Made by a program: the position numbers and the translations under genes. From contig RHPI01002262.1 of NCBI GenBank assembly GCA_009103225.1, positions 675,435 through 739,434 of the forward strand: a stretch of 64,000 nucleotides of DNA, given 5' to 3'. Below, piece by piece: positions 62,104-64,000 of the stretch. This stretch comes from Chlorokybus atmophyticus (lineage: Eukaryota; Plantae; Mesostigma and Chlorokybus algae). Within the stretch, counting starts at the first letter, position 1, and each line of letters starts with the position of its first letter. The notes under the pieces were generated by a model, which was not told the DNA's origin, did not search any database, and worked only from the letters and a program-made list of their open reading frames with translations.

Positions 62104-62933
62104 TTATTGGAACTCTGCTACCGTAGCAGCGTGACGCAACCAAAGCATTCTTATGTCATCGCGACTAATCTTGACAAGCACAGTAATCCCATCATCAACT
62201 TGGATAACAACACACCTCATTGGCAGCAACATTTGCTACTAGAGCTTCCCTTGGGTCTGCTTTATTGATTTGCTCAATGGTTTTTTCTGCTTTTCCTTGC
62301 GACATGAAACGCGCTGTCTCCCAATTGCAAACTTTGCGAACGTGCACCAGCTCGAACACCTATGAAACATCTGTTAACTACAGGTGCTTTGGCCAAGTGT
62401 CATATTGATACATACCAGATTAGCGTAAATTGGCTCTGCATTATCAGGAAGTTCTGGGTTGTCCTTGCGCATCAGAGTGTCCCACAACTTATAAGCTACT
62501 TGGCGCTTCAGGTCATCAAAAATGTCGATGCCGAGCTTTCTAAGGTAGTGAATGCATGTTCCTGCACATACTTGCATCAGTTAACATGCACCACAGTGTG
62601 TAAGTGTACATTTACCGCTTCTCACAATTTGCAATGGAGTCCCTGTGGTTTATGCGAAACTCTTGAGCTCTCTCTTTGGCGAATTAACTTATCGGCCTCT
62701 GGCTTGGAGAATAGCCCCTCAACCTTGTCGGGAGTGATTCCTGTTGAGTCACATACTACCATTTGTTTCGCTGTCAGCGGACGACCAGGCGCATCACCTC
62801 CAGAGCTACTGGTACGTGGACGCTTAGAGCCAGGTTCGTCGTTGGAAATTGGAGCGTGGAGTCTCTCGAACAGGTCTTTTCCGTTAAAGTCCATGCTGTC
62901 AACCAGGTGCATTGTCAATGTAACGCTCGCCAA
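62104..62933 (-). CDS. Spliced hypothetical protein between the Helitron helicase and the GIY-YIG gene
   Basis: Exons ...GTCIHYLRKLGIDIFDDLKRQVAYKLWDTL...YANL|VFELVHVRKVCNWETARF...AANE|ISRDDIRMLWLRHAATVAEFQ* have GT-AG boundaries. The start is uncertain. Confidence 0.5.
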
Positions 62934-63365
62934 CGTGTTGACTCACAGAGCTCGAAATTAAACAGAGGCAAACTGAGCCACGTAGTTACATGTGTCGAGC
63001 TGAGGTGACAGTTTCCGACGATGGGTAGGTGTCTGAGGCAGGTGATGCGACAGGCATGTATGCACAGTGGCCTGCGACTTGACGTTTCAACTGGTGTATA
63101 TTTATAGCAGCGCTAGATATATTACTAATGTATATCTGCGTGGCAAGGAAAAGGGTCTGCATCGGCAGAACACCACGTGCTAAGCCATGCCGCAATGCGA
63201 TTGGTGAGAAGAGATGATGGGATGGAGGAGATGATTGCATACAAAGCATGGTTTGATGACGGGTGATACGGCAATTAACTAAATGTGCCCTGTCATCGAA
63301 CTAAACAATGTGTACAGTGTGGTCATGAGATGCAATTCATGTTACGCGACATGGTCCAATATCAT

Positions 63366-63620
63366 CGAACATGGAACCATATAACGCCATGTTGTGCAAC
63401 ATCGTTTATACATGCTCAAACATCATGCCATATGCGTTGATATCAAACAACGTTGTGCAACATCGTACCATGTCGCCTAAAGCAATATCGTCCAACTTGG
63501 AACCATGTAGTGCAATGTTGTGCAACATCGATTACACATGCTCAAACATCTGCAATATGCGTCGATATCAAACAACGTTGCGCAACATCGTATCATATCG
63601 CCAAAATGATGCAACATATG
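63366..63620. repeat. Two diverged units of about 128 bp built on a TG(T/C)GCAACATCG motif
   Basis: TGGAACCAT...TGTTGTGCAACATCG..ACATGCTCAAACATC...ATATCAAACAACGTTG(T/C)GCAACATCGTA occurs twice. Confidence 0.8.
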
Positions 63621-63664
63621 TCACACCATTGCGCAACACCAACTGGACTTACTGGTTATCAATG

Positions 63665-64000
63665 TCAATCCCCAGGAACGGGCGTCATCTCTTCAGGGCG
63701 CGGCAAACGCGTCAGCCATAAATAGGCCATGTTTGTCACACGCGACAACGCCACATACCACAATTTAGGAGCAAAAGCTTTCTGCATGTGGACAACAGTA
63801 GTTGATTGTAGCGTTGCACCTTGACACTTGTGCACTGTCATTGCATACGCTAGCTGCAAAGGAAACACAGCTTTGTAGTACGTTTTGCCTTGAAACGTTG
63901 TTGTTTGCTGTATTGTTTGACGCATCCACATGGGTTCTGCCAAGTGATCAAATGTAACTTGTATACTGCTTACATTACCTTTGTAGTATCTGAACTGCGT
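63665..64000 (-). mobile_element. PIF1-family helicase C-terminus, probably Helitron RepHel; open to the window edge
   Basis: FPLQLAYAMTVHKCQGATL and YVALSRV (helicase motifs V and VI). The frame is open from 64000 to the stop at 63665. Confidence 0.85.

Overview
Intron-rich eukaryotic DNA, inferred to be from a green alga or early streptophyte (plant-type gamma-tubulin, PASTICCINO1-like FKBP, TTTAGGG telo-boxes). Six single-N positions (4772, 5294, 15584, 46164, 56613, 61236) probably mark scaffold joins. The first ~15.8 kb looks like one large CMC/Plavaka-type DNA transposon. Its transposase 3' end (+) converges on a cargo train on the minus strand: a zinc-finger/Tudor/prokaryote-like C5 DNA methyltransferase fusion, a RING-finger gene and an OTU deubiquitinase-like gene. 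A divergent orphan gene and a 53-bp subterminal array follow. A 3.14-kb hAT element with perfect TIRs and an 8-bp TSD is inserted in the OTU gene. Next come a 1,506-bp tandem duplication carrying a GT34-like pseudogene and a host gene block: coiled-coil protein, carnosine N-methyltransferase, SLX1, PAS1-like FKBP, gamma-tubulin and a secreted 5'-nucleotidase with HYR-like repeats. MITE clusters, several long hairpins and two Helitron fragments are interspersed. The right-hand Helitron fragment is followed by an orphan gene and a GIY-YIG nuclease. All family calls are from motif recognition by eye; no searches were run.
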